DNA from: Guillardia theta CCMP2712
Taxonomy: Eukaryota > Protista > Cryptophyta
Direction of reading: 5' to 3'
NCBI RefSeq assembly: GCF_000315625.1
Contig: NW_005434673.1
Span: 124,001 to 188,000 of the forward strand
DNA: 64,000 bases
Positions 51,074 through 61,375 of the stretch are shown here, piece after piece; position 1 is the stretch's first letter, and each line of letters opens with the position of its first letter. A program made the position numbers and the translations under genes. The notes beneath the pieces were generated by a model, which did not search any database, was not told the DNA's origin, and was given only the letters and a program-made list of their open reading frames with translations.

Positions 51074-51250
51074 TAGCTATTAGCTAAACGACACAAAACA
51101 TAAAATTTCAAAATTCTAAATTTTCCGTCGAAATTATGGATCATTGAAGACCCACACGCCAATATTTCCTTGTGTCTGACTCGTACTTCATCCTTTCTAT
51201 GAAGAACAGGTTGAAGTATAACCAGACCCATGTGTGATTCAAGGCCGTTT
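51074..51250 (-). ncRNA. Candidate Fanzor omegaRNA (scaffold plus 3' guide from flanking DNA)
   Basis: Immediately 3' of the Fanzor stop. The minus strand forms a long stem-loop gtctggtt-a-tacttca-a-cct-g-ttct[tcat]agaa-agg-a-tgaagta-cg-agtcagac (51227-51174), enclosed by cacac/gtgtg, followed by the gggtc/gatcc and aaaattt/aaatttt stems. This is the known position of omegaRNAs. Exact ends are inferred. Confidence 0.72.
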
Positions 51251-53167
51251 CAGAAAATCTGGTCGTGCTGGTAGAGACATGTAGCACAATAGAATATTCA
51301 TAGCAGCATTGACATCACGAGACTTGATACGGTTTTGAACACAATTGGTGGATCTGCACCATTTCAAACCCCGCACCACTGACACTTCGTCAGCAAGTAT
51401 ACCATTCTTGTTGATTTGTTTGCGTCTCAAATCATACAATTCTTGATGACATTGATTGCAACATTTTGTCGTTCTGTATTCATCAACTGCCGTCACCTCG
51501 AAGAAGTTCTGACATCGCCTTTTGATCCATTTTACAGGCACTGACTTCTCTCCACGCCCAGTACAACCGAATGATGCATCACCGTATGCAATTATTGGAT
51601 TTTGATCTGTCCCATTAAATTTCATCTTCTTGAAGAACGTATCAATCGCCTTGTGTTTGTGGATGTAGTTATCCATCTTCAGGCGTGCGAACTTGTTTTG
51701 ACAATTGTGTTCGAACAGGATCTCGCTTAGTCTCACCACGGTGTCGATGTATCTTTCAAAGTGATCCAACCGAGACGTTTTTGCTGACACTCTTGCAATA
51801 TCGTTTGATTCTTCTGTTATGCCTTGTCTCCATTTTTCTAACTTGGCGTTATTCCGAGTAATATGAGACTCATGATAGTACTGCCTTCGAGTATATCGAT
51901 ACTGCTTTGGTTTTTCTTGACCAGGTATTTGCTCGACACCGCATATCAGTACATTGCGACCAGGATCGATTGCAATAACTCGTCTTGATGACACATCACA
52001 ATCTCTTGTTTTGCTTTTCTTTGTAGTAGTATTGTCTGTCTCATTGTGTATTCTCTTCTTGAACGTCACACAGAGTGCGACTCCGTCAGTCTGTATGCTA
52101 TCAACTGTCCCTTTCTTTCTCAAATTTGATTGTAGCTTCAACACCGACAAGAATCGCTTATGTTTTTGTTGTATGAACTTTTTCATGCATTTGCTTTTCC
52201 CACCCTTTGAATATTGCAACAGACCAGATTGATCCATAATGTAGAATAAACCCCAAATGTCTACGCGAATAAATTGTTTGCGTATCTGAAAAATCGGAGC
52301 GATCGTGTATCGATCAGATATATCATGAATCTCCAAAAACCTCAGAACCGAAAAATGGTACTTGACAAGATTTGGCATGTGTAATTGCATCCATTTTTGC
52401 TGTTCAGGGTTTTTCTTGATTTTGTCACGGGCCCATGACAAGTTATAATGATTGTCCCATCCAATGATCTCTTTTTGTTCCCTTATGAAATCAATGACAT
52501 CCTGTCTTTCGAGAACACGAGTTTTTGGTGGAAAGCTCCATCCGTTTACTGTATTCCGTATATCCTGTATCTCCTTTTCTGAAGAAATCCCATTGAGCTT
52601 TCCCCATTCCTTTATGTATCTAGTCTGTTTTTGTCCCATCGTATAGAATATGTAATTTTGGAAATTTGTTGCATATTGATCAGCAGAATAGTACAGTACT
52701 CGAATATCCCCTTCTTTCCTGCGTTGTATTGGTAGATACTTGTTCCCTTTTTCTTGCCAAAACTCGTCTAAAATATCAAACTGAATTGCATTACCTCTGC
52801 GTTTTTCACCCATCAGAAAACAGGTCCGAAAGAAAACTTTCTCTCCACCATTGGTCTTGACCGTTTCTTCTTGCATCCCTTCTTCTTTTTCTTTGTCTGT
52901 TACTTTTCTAGTACGATTGTATATCTGATCAAACAGCCTTGTAATGTACGTATCATCACCTTGCATTGAATCCTTCTCAAAACACCATAACAATAGATGA
53001 TTGAAGATGATGCTACCTCGATGGCTTATTTTGCTTATGTGTTTCACCCAATCATCAATCACACCGATCATTGTGTGATGTTTGAGATGTTTTTTCAAAC
53101 ACATCTTGACAGTCGTCTGTGAATCAGAACAAGACTTTCTTTGTTTTCCTCTTTTCCTTTTCCCCAT
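51239..53167 (-). CDS. Fanzor (Fanzor1-type) RNA-guided DNA endonuclease, TnpB/Cas12 superfamily, 642 aa, intronless
   Basis: RuvC-I RVIAIDPGRNVLI. The canonical RuvC-II site reads IIAYGDASFG, with the relocated Glu in VTAVDEYRTTKCC. Zn finger CNQC...CRSTNC; RuvC-III KSRDVNAAMNIL; NLS-like N terminus MGKRKRGKQRK. Visibly AT-richer than host genes. Confidence 0.93.
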   Translation of the reverse strand: MGKRKRGKQRKSCSDSQTTVKMCLKKHLKHHTMIGVIDDWVKHISKISHRGSIIFNHLLLWCFEKDSMQGDDTYITRLFDQIYNRTRKVTDKEKEEGMQEETVKTNGGEKVFFRTCFLMGEKRRGNAIQFDILDEFWQEKGNKYLPIQRRKEGDIRVLYYSADQYATNFQNYIFYTMGQKQTRYIKEWGKLNGISSEKEIQDIRNTVNGWSFPPKTRVLERQDVIDFIREQKEIIGWDNHYNLSWARDKIKKNPEQQKWMQLHMPNLVKYHFSVLRFLEIHDISDRYTIAPIFQIRKQFIRVDIWGLFYIMDQSGLLQYSKGGKSKCMKKFIQQKHKRFLSVLKLQSNLRKKGTVDSIQTDGVALCVTFKKRIHNETDNTTTKKSKTRDCDVSSRRVIAIDPGRNVLICGVEQIPGQEKPKQYRYTRRQYYHESHITRNNAKLEKWRQGITEESNDIARVSAKTSRLDHFERYIDTVVRLSEILFEHNCQNKFARLKMDNYIHKHKAIDTFFKKMKFNGTDQNPIIAYGDASFGCTGRGEKSVPVKWIKRRCQNFFEVTAVDEYRTTKCCNQCHQELYDLRRKQINKNGILADEVSVVRGLKWCRSTNCVQNRIKSRDVNAAMNILLCYMSLPARPDFLKRP

Positions 53168-53309
53168 ATTTGATCAGGGTGAACGCGGGAGCTTCGGAAG
53201 GCGGGAATGAGGGAGGGAGGGAGGGAGGGCGGGAAGAAGGGAGTGATGGAAGGCGGGAGGGAGGATGGGAGGGAGGGAGAGAAGGCGGGAGGGCGGGGAA
53301 ATCTTTACA

Positions 53310-53492
53310 GAGCCACAAACCTGGTACCCACCCCTACTCAAGTTCGACAGATAAACAAACGGGTAGTTAGACTTCGGATGAAGGCGGGAAGGCGGGAAGG
53401 CGGGAAATATTCGAAGTTTGTTGAGCCACAAACCTGGTACCCACCCCTACTTCTACTTTGATAGATAAACAGACGGGTGTTTAGACTTCGGA
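53310..53492. repeat. Two ~70-bp direct repeats upstream of Fanzor
   Basis: 53310-53378 and 53423-53492 share the identical 29-mer gagccacaaacctggtacccacccctact and end in agataaacaRacgggtRKttagacttcgga. Confidence 0.92.
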
Positions 53493-53929
53493 AGAATTGA
53501 TTTGTACCGGTGGATTTGCAGGGATGTTCTTTTTTTTTAATCACAACATTCTATATTCTCGTTGCTCCTTTGTTGTTTTACCGTTCGGGGTTTGCACCAC
53601 ACCGCGATTTCGACTTTTTTTTTGAGATTCTAATTTTTGGGTCACCATTGGTCATAGTGTGTCACTTAACCACTATGTAAAACGTCACAACCCTACCCGG
53701 TCTCCACAATGCTAGGGAAGATTGAGGGTAGGGTCTGATTGTATGAGAGGCCATCGGCATGAATGTTAGTACCAATTAAATCAATATGTATGGTACATAT
53801 ATTATTTTAAAATATCTCTATCAATTAAAGTACAATTTGTGATGTGGTACAAAGGGTTATACTCTGTAAATGATAAAACATTTAATAAAACTTGCTTGCA
53901 AAATAATAATATGAATAATTATTTATACA

Positions 53930-53954
53930 ATATATATATATATATATATATATA
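53930..53954. repeat. (TA)n microsatellite in an AT-rich island
   Basis: Run of tatatata. Confidence 0.9.
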
Positions 53955-54083
53955 TTCCTAAAAATTGGCAATCAATCTGATCAGGAACAAACATAAAAAT
54001 AATATGTTTTTGGAGTACATAATTTAAAAACAAATATTTCTCGAAAATACTTGTACGTTTTTAAAAATTCCAACCCAGTGCCC

Positions 54084-54953
54084 ATGCCCCACTCTTCCCA
54101 GCCAGTGGAGGCGATGGCGGTAGCGGCTGGAGATGCAGCTGATCCTCTTCCTCCTCCCGAGGACTCAGTATGCGACGATGTGAATCCGAAGAAGAAGGCA
54201 CGGCTGAGGACCATAGGGACGGGCAAGGGTAGGAAGATGTTCAGGCCTCAGGAGCTGGATGTCCTGGCAAACGTCGTACACGAGGTCCGGCCGCTGCTGG
54301 CCATTCACTGGGACCGTGTTGGGGATGTGTACAACTCCCATCCCTCCATATGCTTTCCTAGGGATGCACATTCGCTCAGGACCAAGTACATCTCAGTGCT
54401 GAGGGACGCGAAGAAGGGTGTCGAGGACGACGAAGCGAAGTCGGCAGTGTACGAGAAGTTTCTTGCAGCTGAGAAGGCCATTGAAGCGCGAGCAGCTGCA
54501 GGTGATATCCGAGACTTGCAGGACGATGATAGCGCCCTCGATAAGGAGCATGCTAGAGCTTCCGCCGCAATTAAGGGCTGCATGAAGAGTGATGCAGAGG
54601 GCGTTTGGGCCATCCTTCAAGCGATCAAGGCCGAGCGGGAAACATGGAAAATTCTTGACGAAGCCAGGGAGGAAGAAAGGAAAAAGAGGGAAGATGCAAG
54701 GGAGGAAGAGCGCAAGAAGAGAGAGGAGGAAAGGGAGGCAGAGAGGAGAAGACGAGAGGACGAGAGAGAAGAGCTGAGAAAGAAGCGAGAAGAAGAGCGC
54801 GAGGCACAGAAAAGAAAAGAGCGTATGATCAGAGATGAGGAACGGAGAAAGGATCGGGAGCTTGAGAGACAGGAGAGACAAGCTCTCTTGAACGTTATGA
54901 TGCGTCTGATCGGCGAAGATGCGTCAAAACTGGAGTTTGCTAAGCAGAAATGA
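54084..54953 (+). CDS. Intronless Myb/SANT-like DNA-binding protein with a charged E/R/K single-helix tail
   Basis: KMFRPQELDVLANVVHEVRPLLAIHWDRVGDVYNS...RDAHSLRTKY (Myb/SANT-like three-helix pattern); NLS PKKKAR; REEERKKRE repeats. Confidence 0.7.
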   Translation: MPHSSQPVEAMAVAAGDAADPLPPPEDSVCDDVNPKKKARLRTIGTGKGRKMFRPQELDVLANVVHEVRPLLAIHWDRVGDVYNSHPSICFPRDAHSLRTKYISVLRDAKKGVEDDEAKSAVYEKFLAAEKAIEARAAAGDIRDLQDDDSALDKEHARASAAIKGCMKSDAEGVWAILQAIKAERETWKILDEAREEERKKREDAREEERKKREEEREAERRRREDEREELRKKREEEREAQKRKERMIRDEERRKDRELERQERQALLNVMMRLIGEDASKLEFAKQK

Positions 54954-55298
54954 TGTTGTGTACAAATTTTGGGATTCAGAACGATCAAAGCGAGTCAGAT
55001 TGCGTGAAAGATTAATGCATGATGAATGGAACACCTCATGAAAAATCGTGCAGTGCTATTAGAAGTCGACTGAGAGTCATCGGATCTGCCGTGGAAGAAC
55101 GCTACAGGTTATCACTTAGGAGCTGAGCAGCTTCTACTTGATGGTGCGCATGACTCGACGGAGAGGAGTTGTATGAAGGTGCCAGTGACATGATAGAATG
55201 CTTCAAGACTTGTGAAAAGAATAATCTTCTTCCTACATTCTAGACCTTACATGAACGTTAACACATGAACAAAATGCCTTTCTCGATCGACATGTCCA

Positions 55299-57170
55299 TC
55301 AGGAATCCTCTAATCCAGACTCTTGCAGACTCTCGTTCTTGATGTAATGTTTCCGGAAGAACAGCGAGCCGTTGGGTTTGAAATCTTCCCGGAAGGGCCC
55401 GCTCCTCGTCATTGTTGTGTACCGCACCCCCCGTGGCGCTGTGAAAGGTTGCTCCACGGACTTCAAGACCAACCTTCCATGCCTCACGGACATTGCGGAC
55501 TTGCTTCTTTTCGGAGATGAGCTGTTATGTTTCTCTGCAGCCTGTTCAGGCGTCTGCTCATGCTGCTCAAGTCAGGCAAAGTCAGTAGCACTCGCAAGAA
55601 GATCTTGCTAGCTACTCACTTTCTCCTCCCTTCGGTGTAACACGTTGTTGGTCTTTTCCTTGCTCTCAAGGATCTTCATGGCTAGCGATACCTCGTCAGA
55701 AAAGGTAACAAGGTTCTCTCAGCTACCTGAAGCCGTCATCGTGAGGTCCATGAAGGAAGAGGGTGTCGATTCCTTATCTGTGATTCGAGTTTAGCATAGT
55801 AGCGTGCAGACATGCTGCAAACCAAAGAAATCCCTTGCGACTCGGCGATCAGGTCTTAACGCAATGGTCTTGGGACGAGAAGCCTTGTGAGGAGATGCGT
55901 GTTCTAGAGAATCCATGCTGAACAATCCGCTGCATCAAGCATGAGCAAGCACAGAGAGGAGGGTGAAGGTTGTAACCAGCTCGATATGCCCGCATTTCGA
56001 TGGCTCTGAACCACTCCTGATCCCTGGGCTTCAAGAGCGCCAGAGCTCTGAGCTGGTTGGCAGGGAATGACCCACAACGCATCATCGAGTTCAGATTCCT
56101 CACCTGACGAGGAACGAAAGTGATCGCGATTGCTCACAGCGAGAAAATCACTTTCCCTGATCAAGACTTAATACTTCTTCGATCCTCCCTCCAGGACTCA
56201 CTGGACGGAAGCTGAGGGGCTGTTGTCCTTGGGCACTCCCGTCCGCGGATACGAAAACTTCTTGGGAGTTGGGAGGCATCCCCATGAGCTGCAGTGAATC
56301 TCTCAGTCAAAGATTCATATGAAGCTCGAACAGTTAATCTGAAAAAAAAACATCCTAGTCCTCATCATTCCCCTTCTCCCTTCCCCCGCCCCCGCCCGCC
56401 CCCGCCCCTACCTTCCCCCTTCCCCTCCATATCGTCTAAATTGCTATCATAATCTTTCAGCAAATGGATGTAATCCTCGCATCATCCTCACAACATCGAC
56501 CACACGCTCAACTTCCACATCATGGCATATTCAGTCCTACCTGTACTGAATCGATTCATACCCTTGGGCACCTGCATGCAGCTCGTCAAGATGGTCGAGA
56601 TCAACCTGTCTGGACCTTGGATGTAGTAAATCGCACGAAAATCCGGAATTTCTGCATAGCTGGACTGCACACTCACAGCTGAATGCCTCGAGTGCCTGGA
56701 GGCTTTTGGGCAAGTTACAACAAACAAGGAGTAGAGTTCGAGAGCATGATGATCGTCACAACGTGAATTACCTGTCCTGGGTTCTTCCTGAAATCAGCTT
56801 GTCAAGGGATGAACAAAGCAAAACAGACTTGAACCTTTTCAACCATGTCGAAGGATCTATCAGGCTCATGCAGCCATCTGCAAACAGACATTTAAGGCAT
56901 ACAAGTCAATTCGTCCTCTTAATGTGGGAATCATTTCCTTTTCAGCCAGTTTTTCCTTTTCAGCTAATTGTACATTCCATTCTCATAGTTGAACCACCCA
57001 AATCACAGATTATGCTACTTCACGGCCGACATCCCCAACAGTCATGGCTCACAGTGAGAAATGAGGAATGATAGGATGAGATGACATCTCCATCTCCATC
57101 ATCGTCTCCGTCTCCATCATCACCTCAACATCTTAGCTCCACAACATTTACCATCATTGCATCGTTCATG
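55299..57170 (-). CDS. Hypothetical multi-exon protein
   Basis: Chain of short minus-strand ORFs (55299-55493, 55849-56164, 56488-56727) with splice-like boundaries. No family recognised; ends uncertain. Confidence 0.35.
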
Positions 57171-57904
57171 ACCATCATCTTGTCATCTCCTTCTCGCTCT
57201 GTCACACTACTTCCACGCCATTGCGACGGTCAACTGATCGGACAAGAGAGATGCGCCGGTTGTGAGCGGGGAAGAGGGCAAAAGCTGTCAAAGGATTGCT
57301 GTCAAGTTTGAAGTACTAATGATTACCGTGAGTGACTTGAAGGAGTATCGGATGATCAGTTATCGCGGCCGGGCCGGGCCTAGTGCAATCACGGTGAATG
57401 ATCGGACAGGCTCCGAGCAGTGCGGTAGTAGTGTGTCAGGGTCAAGCCTCCTGAAAGTTTACCGTGACGGAGTCTCCTGATTGTCCGTGTACTGATTTTA
57501 ACTTAACTTTCAGTAAACCTCACATGATTGGGAGGAGCGGGGATGAGGCTGTACTTCCGAGTAACTCGAAAGGCCCGGCGGCCGCACCCGGATTTCCCGG
57601 GGCCTGCCGACTCGGATCCTGGCAGGGTGGTCTGAGCGGGGACGAGGCTCTCATCATGTTCCTAGCTATTCCAGCCACGAACCATCCCACTACCCACCCA
57701 TGAACAAAAGCATCTTTCAGCCGTACCCCCGCATCAAAATGTACCCCTGCTTGGAAGAAGCTTTTCTTCTTAATTTCCCGGGTGTATTCGGTCACATGTG
57801 AAAAGAAGTAGGGTGGACATAAGGACCCCTTCATGTGTATACCCCCTGCTTCGTACCCACAAACTCTGCCCTCATATGAGGCTCCATCGCTGAAGCTCCT
57901 TCTC

Positions 57905-57932
57905 CTCCTCCTCCTCCTCCTCCTCCTCCTCC

Positions 57933-57996
<64 letters not shown>
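57905..57996. repeat. Compound (CTC)n(ATC)n microsatellite
   Basis: A ctc run followed by an atc run. Confidence 0.95.
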
Positions 57997-57999
<3 letters not shown>

Positions 58000-58126
58000 C
58001 ATCCTCCACATCCTCCACATCCTACTCCTTCTCCTTCTCGTCCTCCTCTATTCCACTCAGTAATATATTGCTCCTCTTCAAGCTCATCCTGTTTTGATCA
58101 ACCCCTCTGATCACCTACGCAGAAAG

Positions 58127-58303
58127 ATGCATCGATATGCTGGAAATACACCACCTTATTTGCCTTCAGAGGAAGAGGACGAGGAAGAGGAAGAGGAAGA
58201 GGGAGAGGAAGAGGGAGAGGAAGAGGAAGAGGAAGAGGAAGAGGAAGAGGAAGAGGAAGAGGAAGAGGAAGAGGAAGAGGAAGAGGAAGAGGAAGAGGAA
58301 GTG

Positions 58304-58339
<36 letters not shown>

Positions 58340-59522
58340 TACGAAGTCAATGTGAATGTAGTAAGCAAAGATGAAGAAGACAAAGATGAAAGCGATGGAG
58401 AGAGCACAGAAGATCCAAGGTGAAGAATCTCAAAAGATAGATTTGATGTGACATCTAACAACTGAATGCAGCAAAGTAGTAGATGTTCAAGAAATCAAGA
58501 GCAGACTTGGCAACTGCATGGGATGCCAGGACGAGATGTCAAGAGACTCGAAGGGCATTGTATGCATGCAGGGTCATCTTATCTGCAAAAGCTGCAGCGA
58601 AGGGTTCCTTGGAGGCATTTGGGAAAACCCAGGGAAGAACTTGCCACCAAAATGTCCCATTTGCTCCATAGAGCTCAATGTTGAGGTACCTGCTCGTGAA
58701 TTTGTTTGTTGGTGTGATGTTGTTTGCCTGCAGATGGTGGAGAAATGTCTTTCTGCAGAAAAGAAAGAAGAGTTCCAACATCTCATGCTCGTTCACGTAT
58801 TTTCATCTCAACTTACATCGGAAGGGGAAAAGATCTTCCGCTGCCCTTTCTGTCCATACTTTGAGATTCGAGCTTCTACACATGGAAACATGTTCATTGA
58901 GTGCAAGTCTATGAATTGCAAGAGAGTGTCTTGCTCCACTTGCATGCTAGAATGCCCTCGACTGGAAGATGGATACGAAGAAGACGAGGAGAGTCTGGAA
59001 GACATCCAGAAGCATTTCAAGTGTGCCGAGCTCGGTGTACAGAAGGAGCGAGTTGAGAAAGCCCTGGAGCTTGGAATGAAGGTGTCTTGCCCGTCCTGCG
59101 GGGTATCTGGCATGAAGGACCACAACTGTACCCATATGGTCTGTCTCCAGTGCAGGCAGGTCTGGTGCTACTTTTGCGGCAAGAAGGAGGAGGACGCAAA
59201 CAAGAGTAGGAGCCAGAGAGGAATTTACGGTCACAATGTTAGCTGGCAGACTAAGATTGGAACTCGCTGTCCCATGTACCTGAGCCAGCTGTCAGAGACG
59301 CATCGGTGGCCTGGTGATGAAGACGAGTGCCTGGCCATGTTTCATAGGATACGAACCGCGACTTTGCTCAAAAAGGTGATGGACGACTTGGGAGAGGACG
59401 TCTGCAAGCAGCTAGACGAGCAGTTTTCTGTGTTCAAAGCAAGTGGGTTTGCACCTCAGGAAATTGAACAGCTATCGTCAAGCCCACTGAGCTCAATCTT
59501 GACACATGGCATCAAAATTTGA
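58127..59522 (+). CDS. RBR (RING1-IBR-RING2) E3 ubiquitin ligase with an acidic N terminus
   Basis: RING1 CMGC...CMQGHLICKSC...KCPIC; IBR CPFC...ECKSMNCKRVSCSTC; RING2 CPSCGVSGMKDHNCTHMVCLQCRQVWCYFCG. The poly-Glu tract is encoded by (GAGGAA)n. Confidence 0.9.
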
Positions 59523-59927
59523 TCTCTTCTCAGCCTCCGATTCCAAGAAGTCAATCCTTGGCGAATAGATTGTCGGTGAAGCTTGTTGGTCTGTGAAGCT
59601 ATTTGTCTGTGAAGCTTGTTTGTTGATGCCGTTTGTTGATTGTCTATCCTTGTTTTGTCATGGAGCATTCAATGCTCTGATGAATGGAGCGGCAATGCTC
59701 TATCAGTCTTGATAACTAGCGACTGATCTAATTACACACCGCCAGGACTGGAACTTCATTCTGGGCAATCCCTCACTATATGAGGGAGGCTGGCCTGATG
59801 CGCTTCTTCTCTCGCCTCAGTTTCAGTGAAGGCCAGTGAAGTTAAGTGAACAATAAAATTCAATGTTTGTAGAAAATTATGATGGATCGCATGCTAGCCG
59901 CGGCCCGGCAGTCAGATGGTGCCGAGT

Positions 59928-60014
59928 TAACAAAAACCTCCTGTGAACTAACTCGGACGACTCTTACGTGTTGTGAGGCGGCACAGGAGGTTTTTGTTAC
60001 AAATACCTCCTGTC
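59928..60014. repeat. Perfect 18-bp inverted repeat plus a third, direct copy
   Basis: taacaaaaacctcctgtg (59928-59945) and cacaggaggtttttgtta (59982-59999), with a 36-nt spacer. acaaatacctcctgt follows at 59999-60013. Confidence 0.92.
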
Positions 60015-61375
60015 AGACGGCGAACATCCTAGCATACTGAGTCCGAGCTATCTCTCCTGAGTCAGGCTCGGATTGGCTCCTCAATCCTTCCGGCTTTGGG
60101 CCGATGTGCCCGGCAGTGTTCACTGAGGCAACTTGACTCGGACTTAGAAAAAACTTCATCTTTTACTTTGGCATCGAAAAGCGAGTTTTACTTACAAACT
60201 AGGCCTTCCGTCAACTTGATACGATCGGACTACTAGTGACACCCGGTGACCGGAGGCTGGGCCCGGGGCCGGGCCGGGCCGCCGGGGTGCTGTACAAGTA
60301 TGAACGAAGTTTGTTCGAAGTTAGTTGAGGGGGTGGGGTGGTTTCAGTACACGGTGGGGGTGCTGGGTGGGGTGGAGTGAAGGGGTCTTTTTGATGGATC
60401 TTTCAAGGGTAGAGGTACCATCAGCTTGAAAAGTGTTGTGAACACGTAACAGGGGTACATGATTGAAACCAGGTGATGGTCAGTTCTATGGATGGGGGTA
60501 GGGGTGGATAACGGTGGTAGAATCTTCTCAATAATTTGTAGGAAATGAGGGGTTCTTGTAGAAGAAGAAGGGTGGGGGTGCAGGGTGCAGGGGTGGTGAA
60601 CGGATGGGGTAGTTTCTCCCGCCCGGCATGTCGGAATACATGGACAGGATACGGCATGCGATGCGAAGCAGAGAAGAAGAGAGGAGAAGACAGGATGGCT
60701 GTAGAGGAAAGAAGAGAGGAGAGAGAGGAGAGAAGAGATGGGGGAGCAGTCAAGAAGAAAGTAGAGATTCGAAAGATAGCAAGAGACAGGACCAGACTGT
60801 GAAAGGGACACACGAAGATGAGCAGGAGAAAGCGAAGAGAGAATGCAAGAAGTCAGGATCGACAGAACAACGAAGAGGAGTATGAGGTGAACAGGAGAGA
60901 GGTAGAGGACGAGGAGGAAAGATCGAGATAGACACTGTCAGCGATTGGCAGAATTTAGGGTGCTCGGGGTGGAGCAAGGAACGTACAAGATGAGCTAGCC
61001 AGCGAGACAGGATCGCAAGGGATGAGTTGGAAAGACGGAGAAGAAATAAGAAAACGTTGCATTTGGAAGATTGATCATGAATTTCAAACTCATGGGATGT
61101 GATAGGCTCAAGCTGTCAATCGCCAGGGACATGAGCTTACAGTTTCTTGGTGGCAGAAATTGAAGGGACGATGATTTGAACATCAACAGCAACTTCTTCG
61201 GGGAAAGGCACTATGCAGGTGATTTGACTCTCCCTCCTTTTTGGAAAGTTTTGAACTTGTACATAAAGGCTGGTATGGCGGTGGAACATAGTACAGTATC
61301 TGCACAGACAGCTGCATTGCCAGCGAGTGTGCAAAATGAAGGACAATGGTGATTTGATTTCTCTCACATATCAGC

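Larger units (their letters stand above)
51089..53664 (-). mobile_element. Putative non-autonomous Fanzor-carrying DNA element (~2.6 kb)
   Basis: Imperfect inverted termini: left CGACACA (51089-51095) and right TGTGTCA (53658-53664, reverse complement TGACACA). Both ends also carry an inward-facing gtcgaaat. TTAAG abuts the 5' end on the Fanzor strand. No transposase inside. Confidence 0.55.

Noticed and set aside
51239-53167. Bacterial contamination or a prokaryotic IS605 tnpB
   Set aside because: It is embedded without gaps among intron-containing genes, is longer than typical TnpB, has an NLS-like N terminus and the Fanzor-type RuvC-II, and has no tnpA.
54954-57170. Harbinger DDE transposase partner for the Myb-like ORF
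   Set aside because: No DDE or Harbinger motifs are recognisable in the minus-strand exons.
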